This document shows, in pieces, positions 47,808-56,617 of a DNA stretch of 64,000 bases. Position numbers and translations under genes: made by a program. Every line of letters starts with the position of its first letter. Position 1 is the first letter of the stretch. The notes under the pieces are model-generated. The model made no database searches and was not told the DNA's origin. It saw nothing but the letters and a program-made list of their open reading frames with translations. The stretch lies in contig PRDH01000044.1 in NCBI GenBank assembly GCA_003345545.1, positions 32,001 through 96,000 of the forward strand, given 5' to 3'. This stretch comes from Candidatus Thorarchaeota archaeon. Lineage in GTDB: Archaea; Asgardarchaeota; Thorarchaeia; Thorarchaeales; Thorarchaeaceae.

Positions 47808-48322
47808 CGATCCCTAGTAATCCCACCACCAAGAATGGCACCGATGATGCACGCGATGCATGGATAGATAGCTCCCTCTAGAGCAACTTCCATCAAGAGC
47901 AGTGACCCGGGTGCAAAAATGGCTGCGATGTCAAAATCTGGAGAAATCACGAATATGAGGAGCCATGTCAAAAGAGCACCTATGATAGCTGCAAACACAG
48001 CAGCCAAAATAGCAGGCAGGAAGTCCTTTGACATAAGACCAGCAATCAGACCAGCTGCTCCCCATGCGAGAAACATTAGGACCGAGGCACCAGTAGCACC
48101 ATAGCCGACTACGCTTCCAAGACTGGATCCTCCCAAGGCTGATGGATAGAGAATCGTGCCAACAACAGCTATTCTGATTTCGAGGTCACTATTGCTGAGG
48201 AAATCCTGTACGACTGTGGGGGATATTAGATCAGCAGGCATGTAGGTTCCGAATGTCATAACGACGAATGTGATGGCGAATGCAGTTATGAGTCCGAATA
48301 TCGTGCCTAGACCTTGACCCAA
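47804..48322 (-). CDS. small Gly/Ala-rich integral membrane protein
   Basis: 4-5 hydrophobic segments with GxxxG-like motifs; GGAGG RBS; 4-nt convergent overlap. Confidence 0.75.
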   Translation of the reverse strand: MGQGLGTIFGLITAFAITFVVMTFGTYMPADLISPTVVQDFLSNSDLEIRIAVVGTILYPSALGGSSLGSVVGYGATGASVLMFLAWGAAGLIAGLMSKDFLPAILAAVFAAIIGALLTWLLIFVISPDFDIAAIFAPGSLLLMEVALEGAIYPCIACIIGAILGGGITRDR

Positions 48323-48402
48323 TCATTAGCCTCCATAAATGGTACTTACACGATAGTTTCGCGCTAAGTGTTTTATACCTATTCCGGATGGCCAGTCACA
48401 CA

Positions 48403-48909
48403 CTAATCTCGGAGAACAAGCGTCCAAGTACAGGTTTCATCGCCAACTGCCTTGCAGGACTCCTGATAGCTCTCAGCTGAGAACCCTCGCAGTTTCATGA
48501 CCGCATCGAACACTCCGCTCACAAGCACGCAGTACTGAAGGCCGGGCATGTCTGAAATAGACACACCTTCACAAATAGGACAGATGTCGTCAGTGAATTT
48601 GATTGTTCTCTTATCCTTACTGACTTCAATTCTGGTGAAGAATTGTCCTGAGTTCACCTTATACGCAAGCTGCAATGTTTTTGAGAACGTTGGAAAGTCA
48701 ACTGCATGTTGTCGGATTCTATCGGCATAGTCCATTAGAAGTGTTTCACCAACTCGAAAACCAATGTCCTTCATTTTTCGATTGATCTCTTCAACATTAT
48801 TACTTGTACTCATGACTAGGTTCACAAGCTCTCTATAATTAGCTTGGAAAAGAACCTTCGACACTTTGGTCGTCATGAATCTCCACGCGATTTTCCCTTT
48901 AATACTCAT
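48403..48909 (-). CDS. Bet3(TRAPPC3)/V4R-like protein
   Basis: KVSKVLF...YRELV, EINRKMKDIGFRVGETLLMDY (Bet3-like), CPIC, LQYCVLVSGVF, ESCKAVGDETC; start 48909 rather than 49119. Confidence 0.78.
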   Translation of the reverse strand: MSIKGKIAWRFMTTKVSKVLFQANYRELVNLVMSTSNNVEEINRKMKDIGFRVGETLLMDYADRIRQHAVDFPTFSKTLQLAYKVNSGQFFTRIEVSKDKRTIKFTDDICPICEGVSISDMPGLQYCVLVSGVFDAVMKLRGFSAESYQESCKAVGDETCTWTLVLRD

Positions 48910-48916
48910 TTTTTTT

Positions 48917-49864
48917 TCAAACTCCTGATTTCTTGTCTGTAAGTACCATTTTAAGAGTCTTCCCACGGTAGGGAAGAATGCTCTGTAAGACTTGGAAGTA
49001 TTGCATACCAAGCTGTGTGGCAATTTCCTGAAGGCTTCGTGTTCCGTCGCAGAGCGCGAGGACGGAGCGATGCTCCTTCTTTGCTTTCTCAATGTTGCCT
49101 TCAAAGAGAGGTATCCCAATTATCTCTTTTTGTCTAGTTTCCTCTGGTTCTGGGCACTGCACATCAACAACCTTCTCTGCCAGACACCATTTAACGATCT
49201 CTTGTACTCGTTCTACCGGTTTTGTTAAAGCTCCAGCTATCGTATAGATCGTCATCTTCTGATCGATAGTGAGAAGAATATCGATAGCAAGGTTGGAGTA
49301 GGCTTTCTTCAACGTGGCATTGAGAGCTGAGTCAAGAGTCATAGCATCTCGATACCTCTCCCCCCGAAGGACAACGCATCCGTGATGCAGCTCTATAGCT
49401 TCTGGGCGGGTCGACGTTTCCTCGACAACAGAGGGTATGGCTTCTACCACAGGAGCCGATGCTGACTCCATGGAAGCCTCAGGCCCGGTTGGCTCAGAAA
49501 CGAGAACCTCATCTGCTTCAACAGGAACCGGAGGCGGTGGAAGTACTACTTGTTCCAAGAGCTCGACAACTGATTTCGCTCTGGAGAGTGCAGTACCAAG
49601 CGTAAGCTCTGGTGTGAAGAGAACAGCAAGAACCCACTGAGGATCCACTCGTGACAAGATGACGCTTCCGTGGCTGGTCATGATATTGACGAGTTTCAGA
49701 CCACCCGCGTGAATCTTGAGCGTGCCCTTGATTTGAGGCACAACCTCGTCTGGAAGTGAGAAGGAAAGGAAAGGCTGGCCATCGTTTGTAATCAACGCAT
49801 AGCCTGTCACGGACTCATCGAATTTTAGCTTCGTGAGTACGCGTTCTAGTTCCAACTGGTTCAC
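48917..49864 (-). CDS. roadblock-like domain + Pro-rich linker + two winged-helix repeats (copy B)
   Basis: Clear paralog of 46063-47049: KLKFDESVTGYALITNDGQPFLSFSLPDE, LPPPP, LDSAL, DILLTID, LFEG, LCDGTRSLQEIA. Confidence 0.72.
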   Translation of the reverse strand: MNQLELERVLTKLKFDESVTGYALITNDGQPFLSFSLPDEVVPQIKGTLKIHAGGLKLVNIMTSHGSVILSRVDPQWVLAVLFTPELTLGTALSRAKSVVELLEQVVLPPPPVPVEADEVLVSEPTGPEASMESASAPVVEAIPSVVEETSTRPEAIELHHGCVVLRGERYRDAMTLDSALNATLKKAYSNLAIDILLTIDQKMTIYTIAGALTKPVERVQEIVKWCLAEKVVDVQCPEPEETRQKEIIGIPLFEGNIEKAKKEHRSVLALCDGTRSLQEIATQLGMQYFQVLQSILPYRGKTLKMVLTDKKSGV

Positions 49865-49899
49865 CTAACCTCGCTCAGGCAGCACAGGTAATCCATTTG

Positions 49900-51009
49900 T
49901 CAACAGTGCATAAGTAGCTTGTTGCCATCTCTGGAAACGGTGGGTTTTTCATTGAGAAATGTGATAAGTTCCTGCCGAGATGGATGTGATGCCGTCGGTG
50001 ACGAAACATAGAGGGCGGCTATCGCACTCGCAAGAACAATCCGATCGGAGGATGAAAGTGCTAGGAGGAGCCCGTAGATGTCCCCGGCATTCCATGCATC
50101 ACCAGCTCCGCAAACAACTTTGCTCTCAACTTGGAATGAAGGGACTGCATTGACTTCGTCACTATTGACTGCTGCTGAGAAGAGTGGTGTATGCAGATCA
50201 ATCTTGACTCCAGTTTCCTGTGAGACCTTCTTGGCTGCTGCAATCCATTTTTTGGGATGAGATACGATTGCCCGCCAACGATCATCCTTCCCTGTAAGGG
50301 CCCATGCGAGCCAACCTACTTCATTCTCATTGGCACCTAAAACGTCGACTAGACCTTCAGCTATGACATCCTTTACCAGTGGAATCACCAGCTCAGGATT
50401 ACTTGAGGGGTCACCCATATCCATGAAGGTGATTGATGACGAGGTCTTTTTCACCTGCTCAAAGAGACCACGCGCGAGATCTGGACCTTTGTGATTATGG
50501 TTCAGATTCACTAAGGCAACAAGGCCACAACTACGAATGAGTTCAAAATCTGAGTCTGTAAGACTATCAAATCCAAAGGATGATGCAGATCCGCTATCAC
50601 TAATCATCAGATTGATTCTACGTCCCTGAAATTCGGCTTCAAGCGAAACCGTGGACGATAGACGACCATCCCTGTGAACATGACTCTTGTCTAAGCCTGG
50701 TAATGTTAGGGCATCAAGGAGAGAAGCGCCGTATTCATCTGTGGTGACTATCATCTTTGCTTCCAGGCCTAGGGCAAGCAACGCAGAGGCAGTATTCACG
50801 CAATTGCCGCCCCTGCGGATGAATTGCTCACTGCCCATTAGATTGCCGCCCCCTTGTTTGGCAAGGTCATCAAGAGATTTCAGGAAGTCCTCGTACTTGG
50901 AGAGAGTTACAAAATGATCGACGAAGAAATCAGGAAGAATGACAGGGTAGCGTACAGCAGGAGGGTTCTCAAGTATTGAGATGAGATGAGCATAATCCAT
51001 CTCGATCAC
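49900..51009 (-). CDS. PfkB family carbohydrate kinase
   Basis: GGNCVNTA, DMGDP, ANENE, CGAGDAWNAG. Confidence 0.88.
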   Translation of the reverse strand: MIEMDYAHLISILENPPAVRYPVILPDFFVDHFVTLSKYEDFLKSLDDLAKQGGGNLMGSEQFIRRGGNCVNTASALLALGLEAKMIVTTDEYGASLLDALTLPGLDKSHVHRDGRLSSTVSLEAEFQGRRINLMISDSGSASSFGFDSLTDSDFELIRSCGLVALVNLNHNHKGPDLARGLFEQVKKTSSSITFMDMGDPSSNPELVIPLVKDVIAEGLVDVLGANENEVGWLAWALTGKDDRWRAIVSHPKKWIAAAKKVSQETGVKIDLHTPLFSAAVNSDEVNAVPSFQVESKVVCGAGDAWNAGDIYGLLLALSSSDRIVLASAIAALYVSSPTASHPSRQELITFLNEKPTVSRDGNKLLMHC

Positions 51010-51028
51010 CAGACACTGTCACTATAGG

Positions 51029-51478
51029 CTACACTTTCTTGAGTGCGGCTTTGACCATCTGTGTGATGCGATCTTCTGTGATGCCTGTCTTCTCGGCCAC
51101 CTTAGCGATGTCGCAGTATGCAAGGTCAGATATCGTTTCGACTCCAGCAGATGTTAGAAGTTTTGCCTCTTCAGCAGTCACTGACTTGAGCATAGAGAGC
51201 CCATCGACAGATTTCTTTGCACTTGCAGCAGCAGCGCTCTCCTCCTCCGCTAGAGCCTTGATGAATTCTTCAAGGTCCTTCTGATACTGCTTCAATGCTT
51301 CGATATTTTCAGGATATGCAGTCCTTCGTCTCATATCAACAAGGAGACCCATCTTGCGAGCATCGTCCACAGTGAGTCCTGATTGTACAGTTTCTTCAAT
51401 ACTGAATCCGCGGCCACGTCTGAATCGAGCATCAGCTGGTGACTTCACAGCCGGCTCAGCGATAATATCAAAGCTCAT
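51029..51478 (-). CDS. rpl13e: 50S ribosomal protein eL13 fused to a C-terminal helix-hairpin-helix domain
   Basis: RRGRGFSIEE...GL....ARKMGLLVDMRRRT..ENIEALK; C-terminal L..V....A..L..AGV.TISDLA......A..TGI. Confidence 0.85.
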   Translation of the reverse strand: MSFDIIAEPAVKSPADARFRRGRGFSIEETVQSGLTVDDARKMGLLVDMRRRTAYPENIEALKQYQKDLEEFIKALAEEESAAAASAKKSVDGLSMLKSVTAEEAKLLTSAGVETISDLAYCDIAKVAEKTGITEDRITQMVKAALKKV

Positions 51479-51556
51479 CGATTCTTCCACCTGACTCGGG
51501 CCTCGAGCCTTTGGTCTACTTATCAAGCTTTCGAGATGGACAAAGAAGAGACAAGC

Positions 51557-52381
51557 TTATGCAAAATCATCCAGAGATAGTTGGCGGACTTCACCATGCT
51601 CAAGCATACTAAGTAGTTTTCGTTCCTGTCCAGGACTCATAGTTCCCAGGAGAGAGAGCATCTGAAGAGCATTTAGGGGAGCATTTCCTGCAAAGTGGTT
51701 ATTGAAATATCCGAATGCACAATCTACTGTGCCCATCAGCTGACGCAAGCGTGGTATCCAAGCTTCAAGCTCTGCAAGGGAGTATCTGTAGTTATACCAT
51801 AGGCCTTCATTCTGTCCATGCCAGCGAACGTATGAAAAATCGGTAGTGACCCTGAGATTGATTGGCAGTTTCGGTTCGTCAACGACAACACTGGCAATAT
51901 TATACTGCTCCAGAAGGCGCCACACAGGCTCAGCTAACCAGCTATCATGCCTGAACTCGATTGCATACCTGTAAGGAGACCTTAACTCGGAAAAGAATGC
52001 TTCAAGATTCGCCATCGTCGAAATTTCCCAAGGAGGGAGCTGGATGAGTAGGACGTCGACTCGAGTTTCAATTGGGTGCAGAAGTTCGAAGAACTCGTCA
52101 AGAACTTGCCGAACCTCCCCGGTAACATCTAGACGAAAGTCGTGCGTGACTTTCTTCGGCAGCTTTGCAGTAAAGAACTTGCTTCGTTGAGTGGTACTAA
52201 GGTGTCTGATGAAGTCAGGTTTGGGGAGCGCATAGAAGGTGGAGTTGATCTCCGCAGTATCAAAATATTGCAGATACTGCTGCAGCATTGAGCCTCCAGA
52301 TGTGTAGAACACATCCTTCCAGTCTTTTGCATAGGACCATCCACTTGTGCCAAGATGAAGTCCCTTTCTCATATTGCTCAT
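51557..52381 (-). CDS. DUF72 (YecE-like) protein with C-terminal PIP-box-like motif
   Basis: GTSGWSY, EINSTFY, LIQLPP, IEFRH.SW, YVRWHG, Y.YS..EL..W, YFNNH, A..NA; ends QLSLDDFA. Confidence 0.9.
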   Translation of the reverse strand: MSNMRKGLHLGTSGWSYAKDWKDVFYTSGGSMLQQYLQYFDTAEINSTFYALPKPDFIRHLSTTQRSKFFTAKLPKKVTHDFRLDVTGEVRQVLDEFFELLHPIETRVDVLLIQLPPWEISTMANLEAFFSELRSPYRYAIEFRHDSWLAEPVWRLLEQYNIASVVVDEPKLPINLRVTTDFSYVRWHGQNEGLWYNYRYSLAELEAWIPRLRQLMGTVDCAFGYFNNHFAGNAPLNALQMLSLLGTMSPGQERKLLSMLEHGEVRQLSLDDFA

Positions 52382-52482
52382 GCCATATACTGTTGCATTT
52401 GTGTTTCTCTTTTGCGGAACGTGGTTTGACATAAGGATGATGTTCATAAGAGCGCAAGGTGTTGAAGGAAATTGTGAATGTT

Positions 52483-52794
52483 ATGTTTGCCAGTAATGTG
52501 AAAGCGGAGTTCGATAACCTAGAAGTGCACCTAGGGCCCCTCAGGGACAGTAAGTTCAAGGCAACATGCTCTGTTTCGTACGAGGAACAGATGCTGATAA
52601 TGGATGGAGGCAAGAGAGTGGCACGGATGCATGCTCGGAATATAGGAAATGTACATCTGGAGAAGAAGGCGATCAGAATTGCAGGATTGAACTTCGAGGT
52701 CAAGGAGGGCGATGATGTAAGCGTGGTGAGTGGGTCTATTCGACTTGAGCTAGGCGACGCTGCAAAAGAATGGTACCGAGAGCTGTGGGGCTGA
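52483..52794 (+). CDS. small hypothetical protein (possible PH-like fold)
   Basis: Beta-rich with terminal helix AAKEWYREL; start 52459 or 52483. Confidence 0.65.
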   Translation: MFASNVKAEFDNLEVHLGPLRDSKFKATCSVSYEEQMLIMDGGKRVARMHARNIGNVHLEKKAIRIAGLNFEVKEGDDVSVVSGSIRLELGDAAKEWYRELWG

Positions 52795-52844
52795 GACAAG
52801 ACCTTTTAACGATATGAAGTCAGCACGGAATACATCTACTTGGA

Positions 52845-54161
52845 GTGAGTATGATGTCCCAGAAGATTGAGTATATCGAACTGAGATTCACAGATTTGTT
52901 GGGGAGGATGAAGGCTATGGTTGTTCCCTGCATGCCAGCGGACAACTTGGAAATGCTCTCTTCGGACCCCGCATTAAAGAAGGGAACGAGTTGCGACGGC
53001 AGTTCAGTCACTGGATTGGCCTCAGTCGAATCATCCGACCTCCAGCTTGATCCGGACGCTTCAACACTCATCGAGATTCCATCGGCACCTCGGCGAACAG
53101 CTGCAGCGATGTGTTTTGTGAGAGAGAAGGAAGCTATGGGAAAGGGCATGGACTACTATCCACTTGATAGCCGGGGTCAGTTGCACAGACTGTGTCACGA
53201 GGCTCTACCAGGGAATCTTCAACTGAGAATCAAGGTTGAACCAGAGTTCTATATCATCACTCCAGAGGGAGACTATTTTGACGAGGCGGGATATGCTGAT
53301 ACGCATCCACTGAATCCAGCGATGGATATGCTCCTGGAGCTCGCATCAGCCATCAGAGAGGTAGGTATGCGGCCTCGGGTCATTCACCATGAACACGGCA
53401 GATCCCAGCAAGAAATAGAGATAGACTATGACGATGCAAGAAAGATGGCAGACAACATTCTCATCTTCAAGAATCTAGCAAGAGCGATAGCCCAGAGTCA
53501 AGGCGTCGATGTTACATTCATGCCAAAACCATTTGCAGGTGAAGCAGGAAATGGACTTCACTGTCATCTTCAGCTATGGGACGGAAAGAAGAACCTCTTT
53601 GGCGATGAAAAGAACAATGGACTATCAGAAACGGCCAAGATGTTCATCGCAGGCCTGATGGAACATGCGCCTGCGATAACCGCTATTGCGAATCCAACTG
53701 TCAATTCCTACAAGAGGCTAGTGCCGCACCACGAGGCACCTGTCTATGTCACATGGGGCGAGAAGAACAGGACTGTCCTCGTAAGAATCCCCACATTTGG
53801 CACAAGTGAGAAGGCTGCGGTTGAGCTAAGGTCAGGGGACTCCATGGCGAATCCATATCTTCTGTTCTCCGCGATTATTGCGGCAGGCATGGATGGCATC
53901 AATAGGAAACTAATGCCTCCTGAACCCTGCACTGAAGACATCTTCATGATGACAGATAGGGATCGAGCAAAACGAAAAATCAAGACGCTGCCGACCACAC
54001 TTGAAGAAGCCCTCGATTGTCTGGAGGCAGACTCTGTAATAGTGGATGCCCTGGGAAGTAAGATTGCCAAGGCCCATATCGGACTCAAGCGCGAAGAATG
54101 GCGGGAGTATGTGAGTGAACAAGTATCAGACTGGGAATGGGAGAAGTACCAAGATCTCTAG
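52845..54161 (+). CDS. glnA: type I glutamine synthetase
   Basis: FTDLLG, DGSS, EPEF, HHE..QQE, TFMPKP..GNGLH.H, NSYKRLVP.HEAP, NR...RIP, ELR..D..ANPYL. Confidence 0.9.
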   Translation: MSMMSQKIEYIELRFTDLLGRMKAMVVPCMPADNLEMLSSDPALKKGTSCDGSSVTGLASVESSDLQLDPDASTLIEIPSAPRRTAAAMCFVREKEAMGKGMDYYPLDSRGQLHRLCHEALPGNLQLRIKVEPEFYIITPEGDYFDEAGYADTHPLNPAMDMLLELASAIREVGMRPRVIHHEHGRSQQEIEIDYDDARKMADNILIFKNLARAIAQSQGVDVTFMPKPFAGEAGNGLHCHLQLWDGKKNLFGDEKNNGLSETAKMFIAGLMEHAPAITAIANPTVNSYKRLVPHHEAPVYVTWGEKNRTVLVRIPTFGTSEKAAVELRSGDSMANPYLLFSAIIAAGMDGINRKLMPPEPCTEDIFMMTDRDRAKRKIKTLPTTLEEALDCLEADSVIVDALGSKIAKAHIGLKREEWREYVSEQVSDWEWEKYQDL

Positions 54162-54339
54162 GTTTGCAAACGACGAATTAGACAGTGGGCACATCTCTCA
54201 GAAGAGCCTTGATGCTAAACCGATTCTCATCAGTCCCGTTATGCAAATGCCATTCAACCCTAACCAATTCATTAGGCAATGCTCGAATACAAGTAACAAC
54301 TGTTATATCGGGCTATAAAAGACCGCGGTCAGACGAATT

Positions 54340-55734
54340 ATGGGAAATGATAAACGAGGCAGAAAGAGTGTCCAGAGAGCCGCGGCTCTTTCTGTCATTG
54401 CTGCTCTTGTGCTTACATTGATGAAATTAGTGGTTGGATTACTTACTAATTCAATCGGCGTAATCTCGGAGGCACTTCACAGTGGTCTGGATCTAATGGC
54501 AGCAGGAATTACTTTTGTAGCGGTGAGATCAGCGTCAAAGGAACCAGACGGGGAGCACCAATATGGACATGGCAAGATTGAGAATTTCTCAGCACTCATT
54601 GAAACGGTTCTTCTTTGGATAACATCTTTTTGGATCATAAGCGAAGCAATACGAAGGATTGTGAGAGAGGAGTTCATAGAGCCATCGTTGTGGGGAATAG
54701 CTGTCATGCTCACGAGCATCTTTGTAGATTATGAGAGAAGTAGGATGCTCTATCGAACTGCACGAAAGTACAATAGTCAAGCACTCGAAGCTGACGCGCT
54801 TCATTTCAGCACGGACATGCTGAGTTCAACAGTCGTTCTCCTAGGTCTGGTCGTCGTATCACTCGGTTTCCCCATAGGAGACCCTCTCGGTGCCCTTGGA
54901 GTGTCAATTGTGATCATCTATGTTTCATACAATCTCGCGAAAAGATCTTTCAACTTCTTGGTAGATCGTGCTCCAGAAGGAGTCAAAGAAGCTGTAATCC
55001 AGGCCTGCTCTCAAACTCCAGGTGTGTTAGGTTGTTCGAGGGTGCGTGCACGAACATCAGGACCAGATCTGTTTGTGGATGTTGTGGTAACGGTGGATGA
55101 AACTGTGACCACAAGCGCAGCACATCGCATCACTGAGTCCATAGAGTCGTGTCTGACAGGTCTTGCGCCGAGAGTGGATGTTGTTGTGCATGTCGAGCCA
55201 GCAGAGATAGCCCCTGACGATTACATCAAATTGAGTCTGTACCAGAAGCTGCAAGTCCTAGCCAGAAGAGAGCCCAGGATTCTAAGTGTCCACAATATCC
55301 GGATCTTCACTTTTAAGGACCAGTTCGAAATCGTTGCGGATGTTGAGATGTCATTGGATTTGACCCTAGAAGAGGCTCATAGAATATCCGACGAGCTCGA
55401 GGCAGAAATCAAGAAGACTGACCCAAGAGTCAAAACGGTTCTATTACATCTTGAAACGTACTCTGAGGAAAGCGAAGGAGTAGATATAACAGCTACATCA
55501 GAGGACATTGTGAATCAGACCCGAACGATTATCGAGAAATTAGCCTTGAGGATCAAGTGTCCCAAGGTAATCGTGACGAAAGAAAAGGCAGGCATTTCAC
55601 TCCTGATTCAATGCAGCACTGATGGAACAATAAGCCTTAACGAGAGCCACGAGATTTCTGATGCAATTGAGAAGAACATTATGGAGTCAGTCTCTGATGT
55701 CAACCACGTCTTTGTCCACATTGAACCGCTATGA
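54340..55734 (+). CDS. cation diffusion facilitator with three tandem C-terminal ZT-dimer domains
   Basis: EALHS..D, HQYGHGKIE, ADALH..TD; three AH/SH..I..E...V.H.E(P) repeats. Confidence 0.92.
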   Translation: MGNDKRGRKSVQRAAALSVIAALVLTLMKLVVGLLTNSIGVISEALHSGLDLMAAGITFVAVRSASKEPDGEHQYGHGKIENFSALIETVLLWITSFWIISEAIRRIVREEFIEPSLWGIAVMLTSIFVDYERSRMLYRTARKYNSQALEADALHFSTDMLSSTVVLLGLVVVSLGFPIGDPLGALGVSIVIIYVSYNLAKRSFNFLVDRAPEGVKEAVIQACSQTPGVLGCSRVRARTSGPDLFVDVVVTVDETVTTSAAHRITESIESCLTGLAPRVDVVVHVEPAEIAPDDYIKLSLYQKLQVLARREPRILSVHNIRIFTFKDQFEIVADVEMSLDLTLEEAHRISDELEAEIKKTDPRVKTVLLHLETYSEESEGVDITATSEDIVNQTRTIIEKLALRIKCPKVIVTKEKAGISLLIQCSTDGTISLNESHEISDAIEKNIMESVSDVNHVFVHIEPL

Positions 55735-55770
55735 CCCAAGCTTAATATCGCTGTTTCGATAACCATTGTC

Positions 55771-56568
55771 GTGGGGTACTTGATATTGGAAAAAGGCTGT
55801 GATGCAAAAGTATTGGGGTCGCCTGATGCTCATGTTGTTCAGACGAAGGAAATGAAACTCAAGGCGCCGCTCATGGTATGTTGCTTTCCATCTGCTGGAG
55901 TTGTTGGTCCAATCGTTGCTCATGAAATCATCGAGCAACTCAAGATGGAGGAGATTGCCCATCTGAGGTCAAGGTACATGCCTTCAGCAGCAGTGTTTCT
56001 GGAGGGACGGCTTCGGCATCCGTTCAGAATCTATGGAAACAAGAAACTCGATCTGATTGTTGTTACCGCTGAGCTTCCAGTATCAGAAGATGGGTTGTAT
56101 GTTGTCAGTTCTGCATTACTTGATTGGGCAGCAGGGATGGGTGCAAAAGAGATAGTAATTCTTGATGGGATACCAGTAGAGGGACTGCCATCTGAACGCA
56201 AAGTGCTGTTTGCAGCAGAAGAGGAGAAGATAGCAGAGCTGGCAAAGGACAAGGACATGGAGATCTTGGACAGGGGCATCATCACGGGTATTGCTGGTTC
56301 GATTCTCTCCGAGACGCTATGCAGATCGATGGTCGGTTTTGCACTATTGACGCCAGCAATCTCTGTCATACCAGACCCCGGAGGAGCTCTACAACTACTT
56401 GAGGCGCTCAACAGGCTCTACGATTTGAAGATAGACCTCACTAACCTCAAGGAAGGCAGCGAAATAATACGCCGCAAGATGGAAGAGATGGCTCAACAGG
56501 TTGATGGGATGCAGCAGCAGCAACAGCAGAGTGCTGGGCGTCGTGGGTATGAGCGTATGTATGCCTAG
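55771..56568 (+). CDS. proteasome assembly chaperone (PAC2) family protein
   Basis: FPSAGVVG.I, HPFRIY, LDG, GIITGIAG, PDP..A, C-terminal MYA (HbYX-like); exact start uncertain. Confidence 0.88.
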   Translation: MGYLILEKGCDAKVLGSPDAHVVQTKEMKLKAPLMVCCFPSAGVVGPIVAHEIIEQLKMEEIAHLRSRYMPSAAVFLEGRLRHPFRIYGNKKLDLIVVTAELPVSEDGLYVVSSALLDWAAGMGAKEIVILDGIPVEGLPSERKVLFAAEEEKIAELAKDKDMEILDRGIITGIAGSILSETLCRSMVGFALLTPAISVIPDPGGALQLLEALNRLYDLKIDLTNLKEGSEIIRRKMEEMAQQVDGMQQQQQQSAGRRGYERMYA

Positions 56569-56617
56569 TCGTAAGGGGCTGATATCATTGTGCTTCTAGG
56601 CAGCTGCACACGCGTTA

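Noticed and set aside
48403-49119. Programmed frameshift or slippage at the A9 run fusing roadblock-wHTH copy B to the Bet3-like ORF (upstream frame open for 70 codons)
   Set aside because: The stop codon precedes most of the run, the site is a poor slippery sequence, and the paralogous cassette has three tandem stops (TAA TAG TAA), arguing for separate proteins
56512-56529. CAG/CAA poly-Gln tract in the PAC2 gene
   Set aside because: Only six codons in a disordered tail; no evidence of functional repeat variation
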